The position numbers and the translations under genes were made by a program. A model generated the notes under the pieces. That model saw only the letters and a list, made by a program, of their open reading frames with translations. It ran no database searches and was not told where the DNA came from. DNA of 64,000 nucleotides, taken from Mobula hypostoma. Its lineage: Eukaryota. Positions 41,253 to 54,589 of the stretch are shown piece after piece (the stretch's first letter is position 1; every line of letters begins with the position of its first letter). The DNA lies in contig NC_086109.1 of NCBI RefSeq assembly GCF_963921235.1, positions 35,342,001 to 35,406,000 of the forward strand. Reading direction: 5' to 3'.

Positions 41253-42419
41253 TGGCCACCTTGTACACAGCAGCAGACATCAGATAAACTCTTCCATTGA
41301 TAACTAATAGGACTGAATACATATTTTATGGTACTATAGCAGCATTGGTAGCGTTCTACTTTGTTTTGTATATTATTTAAATACATAATTTGTTATTCAG
41401 TTAGTTTTCCTTTTTATACCTTTTTATCTATTTCCATGAAACATTGGCTTATGGGACAGCCACTTATTTGGGTTAAAATGTACTGGTCCCTACATGTCCC
41501 AATTAACTGGAGTTCACTGTATACAATGAAGAGGCTGACTAAAATCACAACAAAGAGAAGAATAAAATGAACCCACAAGGGTGTTCTCTGCCAGAGCATG
41601 TAACCTTAGATAATGCTTCCACAAGCCATTTGTCCCGTGCCCATTTTCTATGCATGTGAAAATTAGAAGCTATCTAGAGGTTCAGAAAATCTTAATGGTT
41701 ACACTTACCCCAATTTTCGATCTACAGTGTCTGCCCCAAATTCCTTACTTTATTGCCTTTACAGAGCAAGGACTATTTCTGCTGAGCTACAGATTTGGAC
41801 TTGTATATAATTCAGCAGCAGAGACTGCAGTTTTGAATTTGGAATGTTGAAAACTAAGGTGTTACAGAAAAAAAGGCAACTATCACTGATTTATTTCATT
41901 CCCAAATTGTTGTTTGAATTACTTCATAACAATTAAACTACAAATCAAATGAGCTCCACTGTGGTTTGTTACAATAGCATGAGAGATCCATCAAGATAAT
42001 TACAATTTTAAAGTGCTAAGCAAATTTAAGGGAAGAAAATTAATTTTTGAACACCTCTTCAGGGATATTCAAACATGTTTAGACTGACAACACAAAACCT
42101 AATCTACTCATAATAAACCTCACAAAAATTATTCTTTTGTGAAATCGGAAACATTTTGGAGACAGCAAATAATTTCTAGTTAAATTGCCCACGGATAAAT
42201 AAGGCTCTGACATAATGTCTCCAGTAGATATTTCCTTTCAGCACATATTTGGCAGAGTGATTTGCACCTCTTAGTATCATCTGCCTTTTTTTTTCCAAAC
42301 CAGATTCCAAAGTCACTGAACCATTTCACTTTGACTAATCTTCTATCTCCTTCTTTGCTTCAGATATTCAAACTTTCTCTGCCATGTCCAAGTTCTCTCA
42401 TCAGTGTTTAAATATGGCA

Positions 42420-42700
42420 TATATAGCATGTAAGTGGGCCTTTCAGCCCATCAAATCTGTGTGACCGTCAGCCTCCTACTTACACTAATCCTACACCTTT
42501 CCCTTTTCCCTACATTCCTATCAGCTCCCCTCCTCACCTGCATGATAAAGGCAGTTTGCAGTATCCAGTTGCCCCACCAACCTGGAGGAAATCCATACAG
42601 ACACATGGAGAATGTGTAAACTAACCCAGGCAGTACATGAGGTCAAGACTGAGCCCAGGTCTGTTGCACTGTGGCTCTACAATCTGTACCACTGTGTCAC
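42420..42700 (-). mobile_element. HE1/V-SINE (similar copies at ~22990-23085 and ~44740-45005)
   Basis: acctggaggaaatccatacagacacatggagaatgtgtaaac...ctgtaccactgtg. Confidence 0.65.
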
Positions 42701-42749
42701 TCTTTCAGATGTTGCATTAAACCAAGGTGCAGTCAGCTCTCATTGGTTA

Positions 42750-43568
42750 ACATAGAAACATAGAAAATAGGTGTAGGAGTAGGCCACTCGGCCCTTCGAG
42801 CCTGCACCGCCATTCAGTAAGATCATGGCTGATCGTCCAACTCAGAACCCTGTACCCGCCTTCTCTCCATATCCCTGATCCCTTTAGCCACAAGGAGCAT
42901 ATCTAACTCCCTCTTAAATATAGCCAATGAACTGGCCTCAACTGTTCGCTGTGGCAGAGAATTCCACAGATTCACCACTCTCTGTGTGAAGATGTTTTTC
43001 CTCATCTCGGTCCTAAAAAGCTTCTCCTTTATCCTTAAACTGTGACCCCTCGTTCTGGACTTCCCCAACATCGGGAACAATCTTCCTGCATCTAGCCTGT
43101 CCAATCCCTTCAGAATTTTATACATTTCAATAAGATCCCCCCCTCAATCTTCTAAATTCCAGCGAGTATAAGCCTAGTCGATCTAGTCTTTCATCATATG
43201 AAAGTCCTGCCATCCCAGGAATCAATCTGGTGAACCTTCTTTGTACTCCCTCTAAAACAAGATTGTCTTTCCTCAGATTAGGAGACCAAAACTGCACACA
43301 ATACTCCAGGTGTAGTCTCACCAAGGCCTTGTACAACTGCAGTAGTACCTCCCTGCTCCTGTACTCAAATCCTCTTGCTATAAATGCTAGCATACCATTC
43401 GCCTTTTTCACCGCCTGCTGTACCTGCATGCCCACTTTCAATGACTGGTGTATAATGACACCTAGGTCTCGTTGCACCTCCCCTTTTCCTAATCGGCCAC
43501 CATTCAGATAATAATCTGTTTTCCTGTTTTTGCCACCAAAGTGGATAACCTCACATTTATCCACATTA
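42750..43568 (-). mobile_element. Young CR1 LINE 3' fragment splitting a Deu-domain SINE (+, ~42700-42748 and ~43569-43760)
   Basis: Nearly intact NVDKCEVIHFG..LEYCVQFWSP..VVNLWNSLPQ with one frameshift; (ctatgttt)n tail. Flanks ctttcagatg..taaaccaagg and taaaagattcc..aaaacagattacctgg resemble the Deu domain. Confidence 0.85.
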
Positions 43569-45014
43569 AGTAAAAGATTCCTTGAAACTGTTTGAAGGAG
43601 CACAGAGAAGGCATGCTTTGTGTTTCATCCAACTAATCCCTAAAACAGATTACCTGGTTATTAATAGCTTGCAGTCTGCAACTTGTCAATTTGAGTTCCC
43701 TGCATTAAAATGTTGACTTACATTCACAAGCATATTTCATTGCTGGTCTATTAAAGTCAGAAATAAAGAAAGACGAAAGGGATATATAAGCATCATACCT
43801 TCTCAAAATCTGATCTTTTTTCTACAGATGTTGTGTAGCCTAGTGTGTTTCCAGCATTTTCTGTTTTTATTATAAACGACTGGTAAGACCAACAAAAAAA
43901 TCTCCCTTTCATGAAAAATCTGCAGAAGTATACTCAGCTGAATCTCTTCAATTTGAACATTTGGGCAGAGCAATAATGGAATAATCTATAAATTGGCTGC
44001 ACTTTAATTCTGAGGAAGTCATGGCAGAGTTTTTCATCGCTATGGTTACCGTAATACTTGTCCAATGTTTTTGAGTTTGGATCACAGTCTGAAGTACTAC
44101 AGAGTGTTGTCTTTAGTTTAGAACACAGCTTGTCTTGTAATGTTGAGGGGCACTTAGATCTCAGTAACAAGAGTGATAATTAAATGTTGTAAGTGTGCCT
44201 TTGAAATCTTGCTTATCTCAACTTGTTATATTTGCTCCACAGTTTATAATGGTCCTTTATCTGCATTTAGTCCATTTCAGCAATGACCAAAGTGGATCAG
44301 TTCAATAGCATCTGTACTTGACATATTTCTTTTATTTAAATTAGAAATCACGTATTTTTCTATGTTCCCAAAGGTCAAGCAAATTTTGGTCAGGAATGTG
44401 TAGTGATGCTTGTGGGCTGCCCTGAAACATCTTTGGGTGCTTCAGTTGTTAACACATTTTTCATTGCACATGTGATAAATAAATCTGAATCCAATAAATC
44501 TGAATCAGAGTTGAATCTGAAATCAACTGACTGAAATAATACAGTGGCAGAGAAATTTGTTCTCACCTGGGGCTTCCTTCTTGCTCAGTGTACCTCCAAT
44601 AAGATAGAAAGACATGCTTACACCTTCATAATTGGTTTTTGTACATTGCATGATGGCACAGGGGTAAGTGGCTTTCAGTACAACATGTGGGCTCATTTTG
44701 CTTATCTAACTGGAAAGTATGACATCAAAGAATCACGGGGCATAAAACAGGTCTTTTGCCTCTGAGTCTGTGATGACCATTTACACTTATCCATCATTAA
44801 TGCCATTATTTTCTTCCAGTATTATTTTTAACCCTTCCCCATTCTACCTTTCATCTACATGCTGGGGACAATTTACAATGACTATTAACCTTCCAACTTG
44901 CACACGATTGGGATGTGTGAGAAAACCAGAGCATCCTGAGGAAAAGGCATGTAATCACATGGAGGACATCCCTGCAGACAACACTGGAAGTCAGGATTGA
45001 ACATGGTCATAATT

Positions 45015-45051
45015 GCAAGAGATTCTGCAGATGCTGGAAATCTAGAGTGAG

Positions 45052-45082
<31 letters not shown>

Positions 45083-45432
45083 ACATGCGTATACACACAC
45101 ACATATACACACACACACACATGCGTATACACACACACACACACACACACACACTCACTCACACAGTGCTGGAGGAGCTCAACAGGTCAGGCATCATCTG
45201 TGGAAAGGAATAAAGAGTTGAAGTTTTGGGCTAGACCCCTTATTAGGACTAGAAAGACTCATATCATATTGAAATCCAATTTTACCACATCCACTGCTCT
45301 TCCTTTATCAATACAAGAGATTCTGCAGGTGGAAATCTGTACACACACAAAATGCTGGTGGAATTCAGCAGGTCTAGCAGCATCTGAGGGAAGGTATAAC
45401 AGTCAATGTTTTGGGCCTAGTCACTTCATGTG
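45015..45432 (-). mobile_element. Two tandem Penelope-derived pLTR units with decayed hammerhead motifs; the first has an expanded (CA)n tract at 45052-45164
   Basis: Both start caagagattctgcag..ggaaatct and end ..ttttggg.ct ag.c.cctt.at. Confidence 0.7.
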
Positions 45433-46713
45433 ACATAACATCTCTGCTAGCTGCACCACTGTGTCACCCCTCAATTTGTGTAGCATGGGAATTGAGAACC
45501 AAGACTAAATTCAGAATCAATTCTTGAACATTTTATTCAATTCATTGATATATATTAAAATTATAAGAAGTTGAAATTTCCCACTCACCTCTAGGTGGCC
45601 CAGAAAGCCAGTGCCCTTTGTAATGTCTGTTTATATTACTGCAAACATGGATGGATGGAACATCCTGCATTGCAGCAGAGTTTGGTACATTAATGCATCA
45701 ACGATTTATGTGGTGCATTCAGTATTTAAAATTATCCTTACCTTACAGAAGGTGTGATGGTGGATAAACCAAACATCGTGCAGCATTTCAATGGCATCTG
45801 ACGAGATACCCAGTCTCAGTTAGTTACGAATCACATGTATTGACTTTTGTGTTAATACTTTCCTCGCTCTGTAATTTTAAATGAATGGAAAGTATCTCAC
45901 ATACAATTAGCTGATGTGAGGAACCTTTATGGTAAGTATGTGGCAACTTCAATAGGAACACCAGCACAGCTGCTCCTTAATGCAAATTTCTAATCAGCCA
46001 ACATGTGGAGGCAACTTAATGCATAAAAGCAGAGACGGGCAAGAGGTTCAATTGCTGTTCAGACCAAAACTTTAGAACAGAGAAGAAATATGACCTAAGT
46101 GGATATGATCATGAAATGATTGTTGGTGCCAGACAGAGAGCTTTGAGTATCTCAAAAACTGCTGATCTCCTGGGATTTCACACACAAAAGTCTCTAGAGT
46201 TTATAGAGAATGGTGCAAAAACTAAAACCATATAGTGGGCAATAATTCTGTTTGCAAAAATGTCTTGTTAATCAGAAAAGTAAGAGCAAAATGTCCATTT
46301 TGGGGTCAAGCTGACAGAAACATGTTGATAACTTAAATAATCACGCGTTACAATAGTAGTGTTCATAAGTGTTGTGTCTGTATACCTACATATCAAATAA
46401 ATAAAGGCACAAGCTCAGAAGAGAAGTTAATGTGTATATTCACTTTGCAGAGACAGCAACAAATCAATGTTCAAGGGTAAGTTATCTGTCAATAATTAGT
46501 GCTAAGGGGAGTAATTACACTAAAGGAATTAGATCCAAATTCCTCAGACGTGTACAACATTGTTGTCCACTGTCACTTACAATTTGTTTTGGTAAGCCAT
46601 TTCTGGATAAGATAGTCCTCACATCAGGAACAGTCTTTTCTGATGTGGTTGACTTCATTGGTATGACTTCAAGCTGCTTCGAATGAGCATCCACAACAAT
46701 CAGATAAATGGAA

Positions 46714-47295
46714 TTTAGATTATGAGGGCACACAGTCCTCCTTTATTGTCATTTAGTAATGCATGCATTAAGAAATGATGCAATGTTTCTCCAGAATGAT
46801 ATCACAGAAACACATGGCAAACCGACTGAAAAACTGACAAAAACCACATAATTATAACATATAGTTACAACAGTGCAAAGCAATATCGTAATTTGATAAA
46901 GAACAGACCATGGGCACGGTAAAAAGTCTCAAGGTCTCTCGAAAGTCCCATCATCTCACGCAGACAGTGAACCTCCAGCGCCACAAACTTGCTGATGCAA
47001 CATCCTGGAAGCATCCGACCACAGTTCGACTCCGAGTCCGTCCGAAAACTCCGAGCCTCCGAACAGCTCTCCGACACCAAGCACCGAGCACCATCTCTGC
47101 CGAACGCTTCGACCCCGGCCCCGGCAACAGGCAATAGGCAAATCCAAAGATTTGGGGCCTTCCCCTCCGGAGATTCTCGATCGCACAGTAGCAGCGACAG
47201 TGAAGCAGGCATTTCAGAAGTTTCTCCAGGTGCTCCTCTCTCAGCTGTCTCCATCAAATCAGGATTGTGCACGGCCCCCTAGTTAACACTTACAA
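46714..47295 (-). mobile_element. Non-autonomous retroelement (same family as 15088-15766) inserted in the Gypsy integrase
   Basis: Integrase GPLMN|SIYLIVVDAH is split here; homology to the 15088 copy. Confidence 0.8.
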
Positions 47296-48977
47296 ATTCA
47301 TTAGTGGCCCAGAAAAGTCAATATGCACTCTTTGCCGTGGTGAAGATGGCCACTCCACAGGTGTAACGGTACCTGTGGGTGCATTTCAAACTTTGGGGCA
47401 CCTGAACAACTTTTGGTCAATTCTTCAACCTGTCTATCTATTCCGGGCCACCACACGTACCTTCGGTTGAGGCTCTTCAATTTGACTGTACCCTCATGTC
47501 CTTCATGCAGATCTTCTAACACTTTGGTGTGCAGTTTAGAGGGAACCACAACACGAGATCCATACATCAACATTCTTTGACATACCGACAGTTATCTCAT
47601 CTGTCTCATCTCACTGAGAAATCTGGAAAGGGAGGATTACCAGGAGCTGGCCATCCTTGCATGGTGATGTCATAGACTTTTGATAATGTAGGGTCATTTC
47701 TTGCTTTTCTTGTATTTCAGAATTTGTTACCAATATCTAGTCCACCGATGCTGTGTGGAACACTTCCGCTGAGTCACAGAGTGAAGACATCATTGGGAAA
47801 CCCTTTCTGGGATTGAAAATGGACATAATGGTCTGGTGGCTTGTCACTAGAGTAATCTTCTGTCCATAAAGTTAGTGGTGGAACTTCTTCATTCCTGATA
47901 CTAGACTAAGGGCTTCTCGGCGGATCTGTGTGTAATTGTGTTCTGCACTCATCAGTGATCTTGAAACAAATGCAATCAGACATTCCGATCCATCTTTCGT
48001 AATGTATGACAGCATGACACCACTGTCATAAGGGGACACATTACACACCGGTGTGATGGGTAGATATGGATAATAATGGGTGAACAGCCCCTGATGTTAT
48101 TAGTCTCTTTGTTTCCTTGAATGCTCTTTCACATCTTTCTGACTGCTCCCACTTTGCTCCTTTCAGCAACAGTGCATTCAGTGGGCGCAGCACTGTGGCA
48201 AGATTTGGAAGAAACCGAAGGTAGTAACTTACAAGGCCCAAGTATGACCTGAGTTGTAACATATTTTCCAGTCTGGGTGCCTGCAGCACTGCTTCAATAT
48301 TTTCTTGTGACTTATGTAAGCCATACTTGTCAATGATATATCCACAATATGAGATTTAGTGCTTGAGAACTCACATATGTCTCTCGTCGCATGCAGACCA
48401 TATGCACTCAGACTGATAACCACTTTACCAAGGTTCAAGAGGTGCTCTTCATTTCTCTTACCAGTCAAAATGAAGTTATCAAGGTAACGTTGTGCTCCTG
48501 GGATATCCTGGAGCACCTGGTCCATTGCACTTTGACAAATTGCTGCAGCTGATGTGACGTCAACGATGAGCCGGTTATACTGGAACAGTCCCTTGTGAGT
48601 GTTGATTGTAAGGAACTTCCTGCTTGACTCCTCGATCTCCACTTGCAGATAGGCTTGTGACACGTCAATCTCTGAAAACCTCTCTCCGTCTGCACGGTAA
48701 TGCACAGTACACAGCAAAGGGTTGATGCTCACTTTGAAGTCCCTGCATATGTGAACATATCCAGCCTTGTCTTTCTTGATCACTGGGACAATGGGCTCCC
48801 AGTTGCTCCATTCAACTTTGGTGAGAATACCAGGTGCCACGAATCTCTGAAATTCAGCGTATACTTTAGAATGTAATGTGTAAGGCACTGGATGCACTTT
48901 ATTGAATCTTGGTGTTACTGTTTCATTCAGTTCAATTCTGGCCTTCATGACTTTGAGTTTACCAATCCTTTTCTGAA

Positions 48978-49209
48978 AGAGCCAGCTGGTGGCATAGTGG
49001 CATCAGCGCCAGACTTCAGAGCGAAGGCTCCCAAGTTCGAATCCAGCCAGCTCCTTTGCACGCTTTCCATCCATGCTGGGTTGAGCGTCGAGCTAGCAAC
49101 TTAGCCTCATAAAAATAAGAAAGCCTGCTAAAAAAACATCGTCATGATGGTGTCCCGATGACTCCACTCAGAGTTAAGGGCCGCCTTCTTCTTCTTCTTC
49201 TTCTTCTTC
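48978..49209 (+). mobile_element. tRNA-derived SINE with (TTC)n tail inserted in Gypsy pol
   Basis: A box TGGCATAGTGG (48990-49000), B box GTTCGAATCC (49035-49044), (TTC)n at 49185-49209. Confidence 0.85.
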
Positions 49210-49910
49210 AACACCTTCTCATAAGCATTAAGTATCTGTGACAGTCTCTGGTTAGTGCTACCATTTGGGCTGCAGTTGTCTGTTGATGACATATTGAGAG
49301 CTTTGATACTGTGCCAGTCTAGTTGGATTTGTCCAAACTACTCACGTCTGAAAAGTGCTGGCCTTCTACTTTCCAACACATAAAGCTCTAACTGCTGTGT
49401 TTGGACTCCATACATCACATTTACTTTCAGTTTGCCTTTGGGAAATACTTTTTTTACCTGTGTAGGTCTTTTGCGTCACCAAGATCATTTCTAATGGTAG
49501 CTTAGAAAACAGTCTGTTGTAGTCAGCCTCTGGAATTATGGACAAAGCTGGCCCTGTATAGAGCTGTATTTTCAGTTTTATGCTAGACACATCTGTTGTG
49601 ATCCATATGATTTTGGAATCTGCTTCAGTAATGCTATACAGTTCCAGGCATGACAGCTCACTTTCGACAGACTCTGTGCTGTCTGACTTAGTTTCACGAT
49701 TTGTCACTTTATGTATTTGTTTACTTTTGTTTTTGAAACATTTTGCTCTGTGTGTTTTTTCTCTTTGATTGTGCTTTTTGTCTGACTAGCACACTCTCTC
49801 TATGTGCCCTTGTCTGTGACGCTTCCTGAAAACCTTTTCTTTGAAAGAACATTCATTTGCATCATGAGAAGATTTGCCATACTGATAACATTTTTGGCTT
49901 TTTGCACCAT

Positions 49911-50465
49911 TCAGGGACAGTTTGTGCATTTCATATTCATATATCTCTTTTTCTGTAGTTCTGCTGCATCCTTAGCTGCAGTCTCTAATGATATTGCAAT
50001 GGTCAATGCCCATTCTAAATTTAGGTTTCTTTCTGACTGAAGCCTCTTTTGAATGCTTTGGTTATGCATGCCACATACAAGCCTGTCCTTTAATGCACCA
50101 GAAGGTCCATCACGGTATTCAGAAAGTTTGTGCAGTTCTGCAATGTATACTGAAAAGCTTTCATCCTTTGACTCATTTCTTTTGTGTAATCTAAATATCT
50201 CAACTATTATTAATGGTTTGGGGCTCAAACAATTTTGCAAAATTCCAACAATTTCAATGAACATCTTGTTTGCTGGCTTTTTAGGAGTTACTAAGTTGCA
50301 TAAGAGACTGTACATTCTAGCACCTGTTAAGCTAAGAATTGTGGAAACTTCCTTTGCCTCATCCACATCGTAAGCATTACAATACAGTTCAACCCTCTCG
50401 ATAAACAATTCCCAGTCCTCATCAGCGCCATCCAGTTCATCAACTTGCCCAACTGCTATCATCAC
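49911..50465 (-). pseudogene. Gypsy gag remnant
   Basis: EDWELFIERVELY..LKDRLVCGM..IQKRLQSE..LTIAISLE. Confidence 0.85.
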
Positions 50466-51059
50466 GTTATTTTTACTTTAGCTTTGCTAGTTGTGTGTCT
50501 CTCACTGTGTACTGTGCACAGTTACTCATGTGTCTTTTTCTAGCATCCATGACTGCCTTCTCCATACTGATTCACTCTTCCTCTCGCTCATTCTCTTTTC
50601 CTCCAAATTTTGTTGTCTTGTAACTTTCAGTGCTATTCGCTGACATTCAGGTTCGTGCTCGTTGCCAATTTGTTGTGTCTGTACAAATACATATGAAATA
50701 AATCAAGGCACACACACTCGCAGAAGAAGTTAGCATGTATATTTACCTTGCAGAGAGAGCAACAAATCGATGTGCATGAGTAAGTTATCAGTCAATAATT
50801 AGTGCTAAGGGGAGTCATTACACTAAAAGAAATACATCCATACATTACAATAAGAGCATCTTTGAACAAAGTGTTGAATCTTGAAGTGGATGCATTGAAG
50901 TTGAAGCAGATGACCACACCGGGTTTCACTCCTGTCCCTCGTAAAGTAGCCACTGAGTCTATATTCAGAAACAATTTGACATGGAACTAGGAAGATTTTG
51001 GCAAAAAAAGATTGTGGTCAGAATGAAAAGTCTGTAGATGTTCCCCACTTCACACCTTG

Positions 51060-51440
51060 AATCACACAGTGAACCCGGCACCCAGGCAAGGGCGGACACA
51101 CACCGGGTTCCCGCTGATCGTACCTTTCCACCCTGGCCGTTGTCTGATACTTCCCACCGACTCGTGAGAAGCGTACCGCTTCCAGGGTCTCGTTACCTCG
51201 GGTGGCGTGTGTGTCCTGCCTTAGCGAACCGGTCCCTTTTTATCCCCCTGCTGGGGCATCGCCTGTCCACCACTTCAAACAGTTCAGGGTTCAAAGGGGG
51301 GAGCCGCTCCAGACAGCTCTCTCTCCCCCGTCCCTTCATTACACATCTCCAGACGCTGCTCCATTGTTCCTTATCTCTCCTTCCCCTGAGGGCAGGTGGC
51401 AGACCACTTGCTGATGTCACTGATGCTAACCCAGGCCAGC
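51060..51440 (-). mobile_element. Partial LTR related to the 33904-34772 solo LTR
   Basis: Direct homology to ~34335-34730 (gtgaacc.ggcacccaggcaaggg.ggacacacacc; cttccagggtctcgttacctcgg; cacttcaaacagttcagggttcaaaggggg). Confidence 0.85.
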
Positions 51441-51789
51441 AAAAGTCATTCTCCTGATCTATTTGATCTAAGGTTGTTATCAAAATGGCCCACGTAGGAA
51501 TCTAGTATATCCAGAAAGACAAATGCAGGGTTGGGAGAAACATTAATTTCCTGAACTCCTATCTCCTTCTCAAACACTAGCAACCCAATCATTTCCCCCA
51601 CACAGCCTCAAACTCTTTTCTTCCTGATCCAACCTATTTCCATTATGCTTGGATTCCAGGCACCAGTAAACTGTGTCCGGAACTGTGAATGGTGAATGCC
51701 ACTTAGCAATGATAGTTACTTGAGATTAGTTCGTCAATCATACATTATTTCTGCTTTAGTTACTTGTGAAACACCAGAAGCAGAATAGA

Positions 51790-52745
51790 CCATAAGACAG
51801 AGGAACAGAATTAGACCATTCAGCTCATCAGGTCTGCTCTGCCATTCCATCATGGCTGATCCTGGATCCCACCCAACCCCATACACTTGCACTCTCGTCA
51901 TATCCTTTGATGCCCTGACCGATCAGGAAACGATCAACTTCCGCCTTAAATATACCCATGGACTTGGCTTCCATCGCAGTCTGTGGCAGAGCATTCCACA
52001 GATTTACCACTCTCTGGCTAAAAAAAATTCCCCCTCACCTCTTTTCTGAGGCTGTGGGCCTGTGCCCTCTAGTTCTGTATACCCCCACCATAGGAAACAA
52101 CCTCTCTACGTCCACTCTATCTAGTCCTTTCAACACTCAGTAGCTTTCAATGAGATCCCCATGCATTCTTCTAAATTCCAGTGAGTACAGGCACAAAACT
52201 GCAAAACACTCCCCATATGTTAACCCCTCTATTCCCAGAATCATCCTTGTGAACTTCCTCTGAATTCTCTCCGATGACATCACATCCATGGGGCCCAAAA
52301 CTATTAACAATACTCTAAGTGTGGCCTAACTAGTGTTTTGTAAAGGCTCAGTATTACCTCCTTGCTTTTACATTCTATTCCCCTCAAAATAAATGCCAAC
52401 ATTACAGTTGCCTTCTTTACCACAGACTCAACTTGTAAATTAACCTTCTGGGAACCTTGCACGAGGACTCCCATGTCTCCCTACACCTCTGATGTTTGAA
52501 CCTTCTCTCCTTTTAGATAATAGTCTACACTAATGTTCCTTTTACCAAAATGCAGTATCATACTTTTCCCAACACTGCATTCCATCTGGCACTTTTTTGC
52601 CCATTCTTCCAATTTGTCTAAGTCCTGCTGGAATCGCTTTGCTTCCTCGGCACTACCTACCCCTCCACCATTTTTTGTTAATCTACAAACTTTGTCACAA
52701 AGCAATCAAAATCCATTATGTAAATCATTGACAAACAATGTGCAA
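51790..52745 (-). mobile_element. CR1 LINE 3' fragment
   Basis: FQQDLDKLEEWAKK..LHFGKRN; VNLWNALPQ..FKAEVDRFL. Confidence 0.85.
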
Positions 52746-52979
52746 ACCCCAAGTTTGATGCAATCCAATTTCCAGGCAAAGCTGTCTAGAGTTGTAACAT
52801 TGAAGCATTCCAAGAATGCAGTGTGAAGCTGAAATGATCTTTGCTTTCTAGATGACTTATTAGAGGGAACAATGGTAATATTGCTATAACTGAAAAGCAA
52901 AATATCTGAACTTACAGGAAAATCAGAATGACACCTCACTTGTACAGAATTTTCTTGCTCTTAAATTCATCTATCTTTG

Positions 52980-53570
52980 ATTAGGAGTTTGAGGAGATTT
53001 GGTACATCATCAAAAACACTCGCAAATTTCTACAGATGTACTGTGGAGAGCATTCTACCTGGCTGCATGCCATCTGGTATGGGGGGCTACTGCAGAGGAT
53101 TGAAGTAAACTGCAGAGTGTTGTAAAATTAATTAGCTCCACCAGGAGAGCTAGCCTCCACAGTATCCAGGACATCTTTAAAGAGCAGTGCCCCAGAAAGG
53201 TGGCATCTATCAGTCAGGTCCTCCACCACCCAGGACATGCCGCCTTCTAATCACTACCATCAGGAAGGAGGTACAGAAGTGTGACGGCACATACTCAATG
53301 ATTCAAGAGCAGCTTCTCCCCCCGCCATCCGATTTCTGAATGGTCATTAAACCTACGAACACTACCTTACTACCTTTTTATCTCCTATTTTTGCACTACT
53401 TACATATTTAATTTAACTTTTATATAAATACACACAGTATATATACTTACTGTAATTCACAGTATTCTTTTTTCTCTCTATTATCATGTATTGCATTGAA
53501 CTGCTGCTGCTAAGTTAACAAATTTCACGACATATGCCAGTGATATTAAACCTGATTCTCATTCTGATTC
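52980..53570 (+). mobile_element. Rex1/Babar LINE 3' fragment
   Basis: aatttctacagatgtactgtggagagcattct..accatcaggaaggaggtacagaag; tail gatattaaacctgattct. Confidence 0.8.
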
Positions 53571-54589
53571 GCTTGCTGCTGCTGCAAAGATTTAACAAAC
53601 AATCCTTTTTCCTTTATTTTTTCATGGAATTGTTATAATGATAAAGCACACCTTTTCAAAATTAGTATAAAATCTTTCATTCGCAGTGGATTTTTATCTG
53701 ATGAAGAGTTATTGAATTATATAGCACTTCAACTTGTCCCGACCTTCAACATGAAATGTTAACTCTGTTTCTCTTGCTAAAGATGTGGCCTAACCTGCTA
53801 AGTACTTACAGCATTCTGTGCTTCTCCTTATTTACATAATTTCATTATCTGAATGTTGTAAAGTGTCTGGACTGCTTCTGGCATTTCTGATAACATTATA
53901 TCATGTGCCAACAATCTCACCTCAGACAAAAAGGATGATACATTATAGCTCATTTCCTGAAATACCGCATCAAAAACGAGACAGTGGTTTGAATTTTAAC
54001 TTGTTAAGACATGAGTTTGGAGACGGGTAACAGGTTAAGCCCAGAAAAAAATGTCAAAGTTATCAGAAATTGGCTCCAAGTAAACAAGTTCTGCAGAATT
54101 TTAATATATCAAGTTTCATGTGAACAACTGCTCGTGTGTGATTAACTACCATGTGCTAATTGCTCAATTATACTAACAATAGTAGATTACTTTGACCTCA
54201 GGTGTATGGGACTCCAGTGCTGTGGAAAATTTGTGAATGAAAGGTAGATGAATTCATAGGAGCTGAAGTAATTACAAGTACATCTCCCACTAAGTATCCA
54301 GTGTCAATGGCTGCTTTGTCAGGGGCACATTGAAAGGGCCTTCCTCAGTGACCTTCACTGAGAGGTTACTATTTACTGTTCAAAGGTTTCACTGTATCAT
54401 ATCAGGGTGGGTTCCCCTTACGTTGCTGAAGGCTGGCCCTCACATGAGATGCACAGTGACTGCAGCAAACATGGCACATCCTGCTCACTGACCCAGCAGT
54501 GCTCCAGAGTAATCATAAAGCAAGTTGGATGAGTCGATGTCTGTAGTAGACACAAAGGATAATAGATTCCACGTTCAGCTAGATCTTAC

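Larger units (their letters stand above)
46540..49707 (-). pseudogene. Gypsy pol remnant (protease, RT, RNase H, partial integrase) with frameshifts and two nested insertions
   Basis: QLYTGPALSII (DTG decayed); ICRDFK..INTHKGLFQYNRL..YLDNFIL; LRSYLGLVSYY; LHEGHEG..RYVWWPGID; YLIVVDAHSK..IVSDSG. Confidence 0.88.
46370..50849 (-). mobile_element. Decayed Ty3/Gypsy LTR retrotransposon
   Basis: 5' LTR 50671-50849 (TG...CA); truncated 3' LTR 46370-~46530; exact 5-bp TSD ATAAG (46365-46369 and 50850-50854); PBS-like TGGCAACGAG next to the 5' LTR; gag-PR-RT-RH-IN order. Confidence 0.92.
45938..50960 (+). mobile_element. Non-autonomous Tc1-like element split by the Gypsy insertion (45938-46369 and 50850-50960)
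   Basis: atgattgttggtgccagac..gagtatctcaaaaactgctgatctcctgggattt (Tc1 HTH remnant). Sequence resumes after the LTR with aagagcatct..ttgaagtggatg..aaagtagccactgagt. Confidence 0.7.

Noticed and set aside
45047..45433. Thr/His-repeat ORF
   Set aside because: Translation of a (CA)n microsatellite.
48978..49055. tRNA gene
   Set aside because: It has A and B boxes but no convincing cloverleaf, and continues into a SINE body and (TTC)n tail.
53695..53770. Sense-strand hammerhead (ctgatgaag...gaaatgtta)
   Set aside because: Stem II is disrupted by extra sequence and stem I pairing is poor; unlikely to be functional.
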